Assembly (NCBI GenBank): GCA_021613535.1
Contig: CP075495.1
Location: 1,736,001-1,800,000 of the forward strand
Length of the DNA stretch: 64,000 nt
From: Adineta vaga
Taxonomy: Eukaryota; Animalia; Rotifera
Direction of reading: 5' to 3'
Shown: positions 1-12,600 of the stretch, one piece after another
How the letters are laid out: each line of letters starts with the position of its first letter
Position numbering within the stretch: position 1 is the stretch's first letter
Notes under the pieces: model-generated
What the model saw: only the letters and a program-made list of their open reading frames with translations
The model's database searches: none
What the model was told of the DNA's origin: nothing
Translations under genes and position numbers: made by a program

Positions 1-414
1 ATCAAATATAAATCAGTAATCAATACGAGATTTTAAATTCAAACAATAGACATAATTGTAAGTTGAAATTATTATTTTAATTAATAATTAATGATCGCGT
101 TATGATAACATACAAGGATAAGGATTTTAAAAATACTTGCGTAGGTTTTCTTCAGATACACAGGTATTTTAACTTATAAAGTTCTACAGATTGATTAGAC
201 TGACTTCCTTTAAAGGTTTTCTCGTAGATAAAATCTGTACATTATAGTGCATAAAAAAGACATAGCTTACTAGGAATATCAATTTCAAAAGTATAGCATA
301 TTCGATTTCGTACTGAGCGCATTTTACAATCAACAGTATTAACCGTACATCTGATAAATTCATCATGAACTTTATTGTCTAATTTTCATATTGATTGTTC
401 ATCATCACTATTTA

Positions 415-1887
415 GACGTACATCATATAAACAACATGAAACAGCAAATGTTGGTTTACTATGTAACTCTGCTGGTAATTATCGAATATTACTTACTTGA
501 ATGCATTCTATGCAACTAATATCATCAAAATTCCCACAATGTTTCTCTAGGTCCAATGGAGGGTCGACATGAGGTTAGAATGGTCATCGGAGCGTGCGTG
601 TGAGACTAAGAAAATATCTTCATATGATCTTTTGCTTTTTTCGTATATCTTTTCATAGCCTAATGGAAATTTTGCTCATGAACAATATTGTAATCGTTAT
701 TATATATGTCAAAATAATCTACGATATTCTATCGAAAAAAATGAATGTGATTGTGAAGATAAAGTCGATTGTAAAGGTCGAGAAAAATTAATAGGTTTGT
801 ATGTTATTTTTATGATGTGAATTCGATTTGATTTATGATATTTTTGTAAATAAATATGTACAGATACGGAGGGTCTCGATGATGAAGTACGTCCAGGTTC
901 AAATAATACTCGAGGGCGTTCAACTCAATATTGTACAAGAGGTTTAGTAAGTAAAATCTGTGATTATTTCTATTTATAGTCACAACTTGAAGCAACTACA
1001 ATATGGAGAAGAATATTGTATGGTTTTTCTTAGGTTTGGCGTCAGGACATTCCATCGAACGGTCATTGTAATTGGTCCAAAGAACGATCAACTGATGGAG
1101 CAGATTGTAATGGCAAAGCTCTGGAAGAAAAAGAGCCATTTTTCTATTACCAATGTATTTATTCCCTTGTTATTTTATTGCGCAGATTTTTTGTCAAAAA
1201 ATTAGCTGAATATGGAATGTAGTCGTATGCTTCTCGTCTTCGAATTGAAACAAAACATATTTGATATTTTCTTGTTTTCTAGCGGGTCTAGTTTTTAATG
1301 AAAAAGAAAAAAGAATGTGATTATCAAAGAGATATCATTGATGGATCAAAAGGTATATTATGTTTAACACCACTTAGGTTTCTTCGATCAAAACCCAAAG
1401 TTGATGCTACTGGACAATTCCCGTAACTAAATAAAAACTCTATTCGATTGAGAACACGTTTCGATTGTATCAATAAAGATCAGCAAAATATGTTTGCAGA
1501 TTTAGATTGGTATAATCTTTGTCATGTTTGTATTGGCAATCGAGATAATCTATTTCTTTGTCTACCAGGAACAATATCTAATGATACAAAACAAGATTGT
1601 ATGAATCGTTATAATGGAATAAATTGTAATGGTACACGTTCTTACTATAAACCAACAACGAAACGTCAGAAACGTATCGATTTGCCATCTACACCGCGAC
1701 AAGTACCCGTAACAAATCATCGTTTTGCTGATATAAAACGTTTATCAATGAATAATAATCATCATCAACGAATTCCTTTTGAGTAAATTATTTTCATTTG
1801 ATATTTTAGTACAATGATGATAATGATGAAGACGAAGATACTTCGACTGATGATTCCTTTCAACGACGACGACATCGAGATTATTAA
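415..1887 (+). pseudogene. Decayed multi-exon gene with several chitin-binding type-2 (CBM14/peritrophin-A, obstructor-like) domains
   Basis: Spliced fragments read PNGNFAHEQYCNRYYICQNN-LRYSIEKNECDCEDKVDCKGRE (659-794; the usual CPxG segment is missing), MECS|PGLVFNEKEK/ECDYQRD (1211-1352, frameshift) and TRFDCINKDQQNMFADLDWYNLCHVCIGNRDNLFLCLPGTISNDTKQDC (1448-1786). In-frame TAA at 1424-1426 and an abnormally short 25-nt intron at 1353-1377. Confidence 0.65.
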
Positions 1888-2190
1888 TTCTCATTCAATG
1901 AACATAAAGACAAACTATGTTTCTCTCTCTTTTACTTGTACGATGTAGTTCTTTCGTCGATTTCATCACCTACACGTGAATAAACCGAAACAGTTTTTTG
2001 TTTTCTTTACATCTAATAGACGAAAAAAAAGAGATAAGACTTTACGAGAAAACATTTAAATGTCTAGATTGTTTTCAACACAAGCACAAGTATGTTATTC
2101 TATTAGACTGTTCGAGTTTATTTCTCTGATTAAAAGTATTAAGTTTAACAAAAAAAAATATGATTTATATGCGTACAAATGAAAATTTGA

Positions 2191-4015
2191 CTACTGTCCG
2201 TTTCCAATCGCAAAGGGATATATACGTTCAAGATATTCTTTCCAAATTCGTAACGAATTCTCCAAAGTAACCTTATCGTTATAGCTCCATGTAGCATAAG
2301 TATGACGTAAGCAGGTATTTGAGAAACGAAAATTTGTACTAAAGTGCGATGTGAGAAATTCAGGTTTTTGAATTGATTTATCTTCTCTTTTATTAATTGC
2401 AATTTCATATTCATCACGTTTAGTAACAAACTCAGCAGTTCTACGAAGAATATTTTGAATTTGAGTTCTAGAAATAAACATATAAAGAATAATAATAGTC
2501 AGAAGAAAAACTGCAAACACATACGAATGACCATAATGAAGTAACATAACACAAAATATTTGAATAAAAATTGATCCTCTTGTTCGATCTCGTTTTGATG
2601 CTTCTGATGGATGCATGAATAAGCGACAAGCATACGTGGTGATAAATCACTTTGTTTCACTTCTTCATCATCACATGGACGCATATGATCTGGCCAATTC
2701 AATCGACATGCTTGAAAAAAAAACAGACGTGATTTACCTGCCCAATTTGTTGATGGTGATGAATCTGAATATCGTTTGATAATATCTCGTATTACCACTA
2801 TTTTATGATCACTCGTTAGAAAGGAATTTAAGAATCTATTAATAATAAAATACATATTTAAAGATGAATTTGTCCTTTCAATAACTTTACCCATGTGACA
2901 TTATAAACATAACAAGACAATCGAATTGACCGAAATGATTTTTATCATCGATATGATCTAATGCTTGATCCAAATGTGTTTTTCGAAAATCAAAATTACA
3001 TTCTGATATTGTGAAACCTAATTTATGAAAGATAACTTTAATAACATCAACATCTTTATCAGATCCAGCTCGGTATGATCTTTGCGAAGTATCAGATGTG
3101 CCAAAAGCTTGAATATTAATGATGACACATAGACCTTTTCGTGGAAAAAACAATGACGATGATGATATTGGTGTCTGTTGCTGTGGAATTACTGAGATGC
3201 AGATACCTTCGGAAGTTGTTCGATGGGCACAGAAACTATCAACAAGAAACATAAAAATCGAAAAGAAAGAGCTGGAGAATTATTTTACTTGAAGGTTTGG
3301 GTTTTTCATGAACAGATGGTAATAATGTTGGTGCAGGTATGAAATCTTGTCGATTATCATTGTTTTTCATCATAGCTTCAAATGATGCAAGATAATTTTT
3401 AACTTCTGGTGTTGATTTATAGAATTTAGCATAGGTGATCAAAAAATCTTCATATCGTTTGATAAATGATTGAACTTTTCGAATAATTTCACCAACAATA
3501 ACTACGTTTTCAGTCAAATAGTCACAATGAAGTAATGATGCGAAGAAATTCGAGAAATTCTGTGATGAATTTTCATAAACATGAAATAAATTATATGCTT
3601 TTCCTCTTAAAGCCAATGCAAACATCAAATTTTCCACATGAGATACCGATAAACAATCATTAATTTGCGCTAAGAGAAAAGCATATGCAATATTTAATTC
3701 ATCATCAATTGACAATTTTCCCATCGTTTGATTTGAATCGTCATTCTCTTCTAAATGTTTTGTTTTAAAAGCCATGACTACAGCTAATTCAATTCGTGTC
3801 CATGGTGTATCATCAAACATGTAACTTGGATCTGCATCTTTTTTTGTTGTTAGTAGATTTTCAAATTTTTCTTTTAAATTATTTTTTGCAGAAGTTAATT
3901 GAATACAATAATCCTGATCATGTAATAATCTTACAAGTGTATCGACAGAGTTACTGTTGAATGCACCTAGCCTTATTGAACATTGATTTATTGTTTCTTC
4001 GGTTATATTCGACAT
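2191..4015 (-). CDS. Initiator-type caspase (caspase-8-like, degenerate DED-like prodomain); two 1-nt frameshifts
   Basis: KGLCVIINI, RAGSDKD, CLVMFIMSHG (catalytic His), GKSRLFFFQACRL (catalytic Cys), MLVAYSC..RGSIFIQ, QKPEF. Three normal introns; frame breaks near 3195 and 2613. Confidence 0.88.
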
Positions 4016-4699
4016 ATCTATAAACAGTATGAATCGATTTTCTTTGCGTTCTATGTATTCAATTGAAGATTTCCTTTTTTTTAGTGTAATGAAAGAAGAA
4101 GAAGAAGAACTCTGTAAGAGTGCAAGAACTAGAATGAATAACACTCAACGGTCGCCGAAACTATATATACAGTACGCATCGGGAAGATTTTCATGTGAAG
4201 AGGAAAACAAAAGAACACCACCGACAACAACAACAATTAAGTTAAGTAGAACAAAACAAAACACACATGACTCGCCTCAAGTAGTTCTTCTAGGCAAGGA
4301 AAATTCAAATTTGACAACGTATGTATAGATCGAGAAAATAAATCGCTAGAGAACAATAGGTCTAGCTATGTATGCTTATAAACAAATTGATTTTGTTTTA
4401 CTCACGACTAGAATCATCTAAAAAGAAAATACAGAAGAAAAACAACATAACGCAAAGAATATTTATGTATTATCATACAACATCATTCATAGCATTCGTT
4501 GAATCATGATCGTGTCTGTATCTACATATACATCATAAGCATGTTGATTTGACTACAACAAGTAATACAGTTACGTCATCGGGTTTTTTCACCTAAAAGA
4601 AAAGAACAATATAAAAAAACGAAATGAATTTTTTATTCAAATGGGAAGACATTTGGGATTTTTTTTCTTCCTGACATTCTGTCTCTTTCTATATCTTTC

Positions 4700-4722
4700 T
4701 ATATATATATATATATATATAT
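4700..4722. repeat. (TA)n microsatellite
   Basis: Direct reading of a tatata run. Confidence 0.9.
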
Positions 4723-5039
4723 AAAGAAGAGTATTTGTCTGTTCGCTATGCAGTTGGAGACTGTAAGAGCAAATGCAATGAAACTTTCGAGAGATAGTCT
4801 CTACACTTCGGGGAAGGTCGACATCTACTTTGTCTCGAAAAAAATGAATCATACGCTTGCAACATTTCAAAAAATTGAAACAATAGTTAGCGAAGACGGC
4901 CGAAGACCGTCTGAGTGCACATCTACGATAAGTTACACATTCCATATTAAACTATCTTGGTGTGTAGCGAATACGTCCGCTATCTTCTATCTATCTATAT
5001 AGGAGATTTATTGAGAATTCATCCAAGATGGACAACTGC

Positions 5040-5371
5040 AATGTCGAGGTTGGATTCTCAAAAAAAAACTGAATCTGGAGTGAAATAACTACTCTACCTG
5101 TATGGAGTCAAAGTGAACTTTATAAACTAGAGAAGGACTTGTAGCGAGCGTCTGGGACAAGGCAGATCTATCGAGGGGTGGGCGTTGCAGCGCGACAGTA
5201 GGAGTGGATTTAAAAGGAACAGAGCTGTATGTCGTATGCATGGCGAGACAAGACCAGTAGCGAAGAACTAATGAAGAGATGCGAAAAGGGATATAGGAGA
5301 GGCCTCAGGAGTTTCTGATACACAACGTGTAAATATCAACGGAGAGGTCCGCTGGATGATGAGAAGAGCAC
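5040..5371 (-). mobile_element. GC-richer non-coding relic, probably an LTR-like/TE fragment related to the adjacent mini-element
   Basis: Abrupt rise in GC and no credible ORF. Its reverse complement has cagcggacctctcc...atatcccctttt, matching cagcggatctctcc...atatcccttttt of the 5372-5475 element in the same order. Left boundary uncertain. Confidence 0.4.
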
Positions 5372-5475
5372 TGTTATAGATGGAAAACGTAAATTATGTC
5401 CTCTTTGCAGCGGATCTCTCCGCTAGTAGAAAATAAAAGATAGATATCCCTTTTTCTACCATACTTATTATAACA
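5372..5475 (+). mobile_element. 104-bp TG..CA element (solo mini-LTR or Ginger-type MITE) with 4-bp TSD
   Basis: Termini TGTTATA...TATAACA (perfect 7-bp inverted repeat), flanked by GCAC at 5368-5371 and 5476-5479; internal AATAAA at 5432-5437. Confidence 0.65.
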
Positions 5476-5597
5476 GCACGACTATCTCATACAACAATTG
5501 CTTCATATTTCAACAAATATGGTAGTTTATCAAAACTATGTGAAGCTTTTTGTGGATAAAGTTGAAACCATCAAAACGAAATAAATATTATTCTATT

Positions 5598-5993
5598 TTA
5601 AAATGAAACTTTACTATTCACAAGTGTATGACAATGAAGTTCTTCTTTCAGACAAACATGAAAAAGACTTCGACTTATATAATGAAAAACACAAATTTCA
5701 ACTTCTGATATTTCTTTTAAATCATTATAATTGACAAATCTTGTACAAAATTCATCAATAACATTTGAAGAACAATCATTCACTGGCTTGCTTATGTTCG
5801 ATAAGGTTCAACAATGAGTCAAGCAATTGAATATGAATTTCCTGTAAATCACCATAATCGATACGAAATATTGTAGCAAAACCATTTAAATCTATTTCAG
5901 GAATTATATCACAATCCCACTCCTGATCATTGATTTATTTGAAAACTCGAACTTCTGTGTATATCAGATTGGTATGAAGAATAGAAAACAACC
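5598..5993 (-). pseudogene. Tudor-domain gene relic
   Basis: Minus-strand translation K*INDQEWDCDIIPEIDLNGFATIFRIDYGDLQEIHIQLL resembles the Tudor W-x-R..I...(F)IDYG..E..L signature. It is interrupted by stops and frameshifts into KPVNDCSSNVIDEF. Confidence 0.5.
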
Positions 5994-7040
5994 TATAAGA
6001 TATTATTCACTAATTCTTTCTTATCGATGTATCTTTATAAATCTTAATCGAACAAATATAAAAACACTGTTTTCTTTCGAGGATTTGTTTTACTAAATTT
6101 TCTCTAAGAAGAACAATCAAATAAATATTCAAAATGATCTCAATATGTTTTTCAAATGCTACAGAAAACACGACCTAAAAAAGTTCAATTGTTACATCTC
6201 TTCATGTTTTATCGATTCTACTAACAAATTTCTCTTTTTTCCAATCTGACCTACTTTCTCCGATTGCATAATAGAACATAATTTTGATTAAGAAACCTTT
6301 TTCAACAAAAAATTACTTTCCATAGACACCATTGTATTATAATTAGCACTTTCTTTGCTATAACAAAATTGACAGTCACGCAAACCATGATAGAGGATCA
6401 TTCTTATCATGACAATAAATTATTTTTGAGAAATAGAGCCATGCTTCATCCTACATAAAACTATCCGTCAATTTTTCAACTGATTCAAGGACGGCGTAAA
6501 GATAAACATAATTTAGTAGTCACGTTTTTATATTAACTTTTTTCAAGCATGAAAATGCGCCTGAGTACTTTGAAACTGATCCACGCAAGACATAGTTTGA
6601 TTAGATTTAAATGACATTTTACAGAGTATGTTTTGTGTGTGCATATGCATAAAAATATATATTTGGCGTTCGTTTCTCCTTCGCTTCACATTTACAATAT
6701 TAACAGAAAAAGAACAGATTTCACCGAAACAATATATCATTAGAAAACAAACGGAATAGTAATAATATTAATAAAAACCTCGTTTATATATGAAAATATA
6801 ATAGTTGAGAAGAATTGTTTTTTTTTGGAGAAAAGAGTAGAATGTGAAATTGACAACAATGATCAAGAACAACAACAACAACAAGAAAAATAGTTTTGGA
6901 TACTTTTAATTATTATTAACATTTTCAGTCCAATGAAATAGAAAAAAAAATAATGATAAAACCGGTGAAGAAAGATATATTCTCATTGAAATATGTGGAC
7001 GGAAAATAAAAATAACTTATTCGTTTGAAATGAATGAAAT

Positions 7041-8442
7041 TTATCGATTATTGATCGGTGTAACATTTCCATGCGATGAATCATTACGTGATGATGGCGA
7101 AGTCGGTGTTGGAGTGTTATTAGTTGAAGTTGTAAAGCGTGTACACATCATTTGAGCAATACGATTGACTTCATTTACATCAGGTCGTTGTTCAGGATCT
7201 AAGACAAGACATTTGGAAACGAGAAGACGAAGCTAAAAAAAAGAAAATTAAATCAATCGATCGAACAAAAAATAAGTACAAACTTCAGATGAATAGAAAT
7301 TTGTTGGTAATGGTGTATAATCAAGTGCTTCAATTTTTTGTCGTAATAAAATGAGATTCAAATTTTCACCATAGAAAGGAGAACGAAGAGCAGCCATCTA
7401 AAAAAAACCAAATCTAATTATGTTGAATTGTGAAAATTGATTCGAAACTTTACTTCATATAAAATACAACCAAGAGACCATATATCAGATCGAAAATCAT
7501 AACCAAGATCATGTTCATGAATACGTTCAGGTGACATATAATATCTATGATTGAATTATTTTTCGAAAGAAAAACAAAGTATATTCACTTACGGTGTTCC
7601 AACCATTGAATGTGCAGATGTTGTTTTAGAACCAAAAAAACGTCCTGAAGGTATTTCAATGAATTAGAATAAGATTTTTCTATACAAAAAAGAATCTATT
7701 TACCTAATCCAAGATCACCAAGTCGAACAATTCCTTCAGCACTTACGAAAATATTTGCTGGTTTAATATCTATTATTAAAAATCAATCAAAAATTTCTCT
7801 ACAGTAATCTTTTCTACCTCGATGCATAATTCTTTTCGAATGCATATGTTCAAGACCACTACAAATTTGACTGAAAAATCTCCATATAGTTTTTTCTGGC
7901 ATTAATTTATTTGTTCGAGTAAAATGTTTGATCATTTTAGCTAAATCACCGGCACTTGCTAATTCCTATATAACAACAAATTCTTTAGATTTAAATCAAT
8001 ATTTTCATGAATTGATGTCATACCAAAACAATGTACAAATCATTTTCATCAACAAAATGTGAAATGTATTTGATTACATTTGGATGATTTAATTGCTAAA
8101 AGATAAATCGAAAGAATTTTCGATTTGATAAGAAAAAGCAAACAGTTAATTTACTTGAAGAAGACTTATTTCACGTTTACAATCATCAATTGCTTTAGCA
8201 TCAGCCATTCGACTTAACTAGAAGAAATTCAATCGAAACAAATGTTAATAATACAATGATTAACTTACTTCAACTTTTTTCAAAGCAACATAATCACCAT
8301 TAAAACGATTTCGTGCTGAATAAACTACAGAGAAATGTCCACGTCCAAGTGTTTTTAAAACTTCAAAATTTTTCAATGAACCATATGGATCCGATCCATT
8401 TGAATATGGTAATGGACCAAGAACATTACTCTGAATACTCAT
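7041..8442 (-). CDS. NEK7: NIMA-related kinase NEK6/NEK7
   Basis: Multi-exon: [103 protein letters not shown]; all introns GT-AG. Confidence 0.93.
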
Positions 8443-8544
8443 ATCTGAAAATGAAAAGAAACTGTTTCAATTCATTTTCTTATTATAAAACTCAACGAGT
8501 CAATATTTATATAATTATTCATAATAAAACATTTAGATGTATTT

Positions 8545-9320
8545 TTACTCTGTTGATTTAAGAATAAATCGTACTACGATAGCGAATAGAATCAGACAGA
8601 TTAGAATCATTGTATTATTAATGAAACTATTCAACCAAGATGTTGAATTTGTAGTCAAGGACGTAATAATTTGGTGATTATTTGAATTATTTATTGAAGA
8701 ATTTGTTGATAATATTTGTTTAATTTCTTCGGTAATTTCGGGAAATAATTCACGAAAGATCGGATCTTGAATATTATAAGATAATGAATCATGAGCAAAT
8801 TGTCGTTTTTGAGCATATGATGTTTCAATACTTCCATGAGTCATACTTGTATCACACATAAAACTTAAAAAACCATTCAAAATAGATGAAATCGACCTAT
8901 GATAACAATACCAAAGTATACTTATTAATTTGGAAAAAAGAAATTTAATTATTTACCAAGATGGATTCCATGAATCAGGATGATATGCAGTGATTGTTAA
9001 ACATAAACTTGTATCAGTTTTAAATCGTCCATTTGGTGTTATCATATAGATATCTGAATAAAATCTTGTCAATTAAATTTCATTGAAAAAAACTTAGAAA
9101 TCTTACGTGGTGGTTTGAAAGGATAATCCAATGGAAAGAGAATTTTTCCATGATAAATTCCTCCTTCATAAGGTGTATCTTTTGGTCCTCGAATAATATA
9201 ATGCCATTCTAATAGATTTGATGATAATGGTCGTGCTGTCAAATAGGAAATTGGATCTTTAAGTAGACGACGATATTCAGCTTGTAGTCGTTGAAATGCT
9301 GAATTTGATTTCATTGACAT
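8545..9320 (-). CDS. UBE2J2: ER-anchored ubiquitin-conjugating enzyme E2 J2 (Ubc6)
   Basis: [43 protein letters not shown]....[16 protein letters not shown] and a C-terminal TM helix; 2 introns. Confidence 0.92.
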
Positions 9321-9635
9321 TCTTCTTCTTTTTCTTATGATAGATTTATAAAAGAAATAAACGGAAGTTAACAAGTAAAAAATAAATGACGGATAAAAAG
9401 AGAATTTTTCTTTTCCGTAATTGTTTTCTTCTCGACTTTGATTGAAACTAATCAACGACCTGTAGGTAAGTTGACGTATTGTAGTAATGTAATTCAAAGG
9501 AAAGAAAATCTGTTACCATTTAGAAAGAAATTCCACCTCTAAGACTACTAGTAAAGGTGCGTCAGAGGTCGCTTAATTACTCAAATTTATTGAATAAGAA
9601 TAAAAGAATAACTTTAATACAAATATGTATAATGT

Positions 9636-12600
9636 TTATGCATACACATCGACATTATATCGATCAATAGAGATTTTTTCCAGTATTTTTCCAGCTGTTT
9701 CTTCATCACATTTCTGATCATCAGCAATGATTTTTAGGAAACATTCTTTCACTGATGTAGCTAGTTTTTTTGCACTTCCACAAGTATAAAATCGTGCGCC
9801 TTCATGATACAATTTTGCAATTTCATTACGATCTTCCCATATCAAATCATGAACATATTTTTTCTCGTCAATTGATTGTCGAGAAAATACTATTTTAATT
9901 TCGACAGCACCGAGCTTTGACCATCTATCAAGTTCATTTGCATACACAAAATCTTGTTGTGTTCGACATCCATAATAAAGAATTGTCGGACCAATATCTC
10001 TTCCACAAATCATTTGTGCTGCACGTTCTTGTATGAAACCTCGAAATGGTGCAATACCAGTTCCAGCAGCAATCATAACAACTGGTACTTTCGTATCACT
10101 AGGTAAATGAAAGCCTACATTACTTGCTCGAACAGTACAACTAAGACGATCACCTTTTCTTAGACTAGCAAGATAATTCGATGCAACACCATAATATTGT
10201 CCATGTCCGCTCAATGCTGGAGCATTGATAATATCTAATGTAATTGTTGCACATTCAGAATTCCAAAGTGGAGAAGAAGAAATACTATATTGTCGAATAC
10301 GTAATGATGGAAGCATTCGTAAATAATGTGGAAATGTCAATTCACAAGAAGGATACATTTCAAGAATATCCAATACACTTAGACGTTTTTCAAGAATTTC
10401 TGTTTGATATAAATCACCAGCAAGCTTTGCAAGTTTAGTTTGTTCATTTTCATTCTTACATAGAGATGCAAGTGTTTCAATTTGTTTTTTACTGATTAAT
10501 TGAGCTAATTCAACATAACCACTGATAATATCGAATGCACTGACTGGATGACCAGTTGGAAAGAATGTATCAGTTGATGAATGAATTTTAATATGTGTAT
10601 CAGTTGATAATTGAAAACGTTGAAGAACACGATGAACAATTTGAATGGGATTTGTTGGTAAAATAGCTAAATAATCTCCTGAACGATATGTTTGTCCTTT
10701 GGGAAGTTCAATTTCCATATGTAAAATTGTTGGATTGATTTCTGTTGCTATAGTTAATACTTTTGTTTCTCGAAGAATTCCAACATCTGTTATTTGTCCA
10801 AGATTTCTTGTAGAATTAACAATTTCAATCGAAAGTTTTTCTTCACCAATTACATTTTCTATTCCAATTGTTTTCTGTAATGTTTGAAAAAGAGTTTCTT
10901 TCCAACTTTCAAATGCACCAAAGAAATCTCCTGCTGCATCACCATGACCAAGTTCAATAATACGTGTTCCACCTGCATTAGTAAGCATTTCATCGATATA
11001 AATAGGAATTTTCTGATATGTTGTTACCCAATCATGATGACCTGCACCGAATACAGCATAATTTATACTAAGTTGTGGTTTTGATTCAAGATAAGCAACG
11101 AATTGTTTTGCATTCTCACATGGTTTACCTTCATATGAAGCCGTGATAATGATTACTGGTTGATCACTTGGTAATGAACTAACTGCCGAATCAAGAGTAG
11201 CGATTCTAGCATTAAAACCATGAAGTGGTGCTTCCGAAGCTAATGTACTTGCAAATGATTCACATGAACCTGAATTACTACCAAATAGAATGGTCATTGG
11301 TCGTAGATGACTATTTCTAATTGAATTTGATGATTGTTCAGATGTTTTTTCAGGTTGTTTTTTCGTTATACCAAGTGGAAGAGATGCTTGTTGACGTGAT
11401 CGAACTCGTATTTTTAAACCTGTAGGTTTGATTGTTAATGTTTGTTTGATACGAAGATCATATGTAGGATCAACAAATTCCATATGAAAATGTTTAAGAA
11501 TAAGTGCAATTGTTAAAAGACTTTCTTGCCATGCAAATGGTCGACCTATACATGCACGTTGACCATTACCAAATGGTTTCCAAGAATTTGGTGGAAGATT
11601 TTCGAATCCACCATTAAGCATTCGTTCGGGAAGAAATTCTTCTGGACGATCCCAAATTTTTGGATCACGTTGTAATTCATGTAAAAGAACTAAAATTGTC
11701 TCATCATGATTGACTTCATAACCACCAGGTAAAATAATTTTATCTTCTTTTGGATGTAAAGCAAAAAGTGGTGCTGTTGGTTGTAATCGAAGTGTTTCTT
11801 TCAATACAGCATCGATATATTTCAAATTTTTCAATGTATCAACTGTAAGATTATCATATTGATCAGCTTCTGCTCGTGCTTTTTCTAAAGCTTGTGGATT
11901 TTTCAAAAGATAATATAATGTAAACGAGAGTAATCCAGATGTTGTCTCATGTCCAGCAACCAAAAATGTAATCATTTGATAACGAATATTTTCATTCGAT
12001 AGTTGATAACCTGTATCAGGATCTTTTCCATTAATCATTCGATTCAATAAATCATTCGTATCAGATGATTGTTCTCGTCGTTGTTGAACAATTTCATCGC
12101 ATAATTGATGAAGATAAGCAATATCATCAAAATATCGTCGTGTAGTTTTAATCATCAATGTATTTTGTAATTGAAGTCGTTGTGTACGTCGTGAACTTTC
12201 TTCAAGTATATTAACCATTGCATCAACAAAACGATGCATTTTTTCTTGATAAAAACTATTGAAACGATAATTAAAACTGCATAGTGCAATTGTATCTAAA
12301 GTTAAGCGAGTTAGATTGTCGGTCACATCGATTTCTTGTCCAGCAAAACGTTCCCAACGAAGAATTAATTGTGAACAAATATCCATCATTGATGGAAACA
12401 TATCACGAATTGCTTGTGGACCAAAAGTTGGCATAAGAATTTTATGAGCTAACTTCCAATTCGGTTCTGATGTATGCGCTGTGAATAATCCATCTCCACC
12501 AAGATTTCGAAGTTCTTCCAACGGTCGACCTATTTGTTTATCAAATTTAGATTCATCACAAAGAAAATTGACGATTTCTTGACTAGACACGATAACCATT

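Noticed and set aside
3181-3206. 26-nt GT-AG micro-intron that would restore the caspase frame
   Set aside because: Far shorter than the other introns of intact genes here (about 45 nt and up); a single missing T explains the break more simply, as at four other sites.
10244-11084. Plus-strand ORFs inside the P450 gene
   Set aside because: Short antisense shadows of a well-supported CDS, with no motifs.
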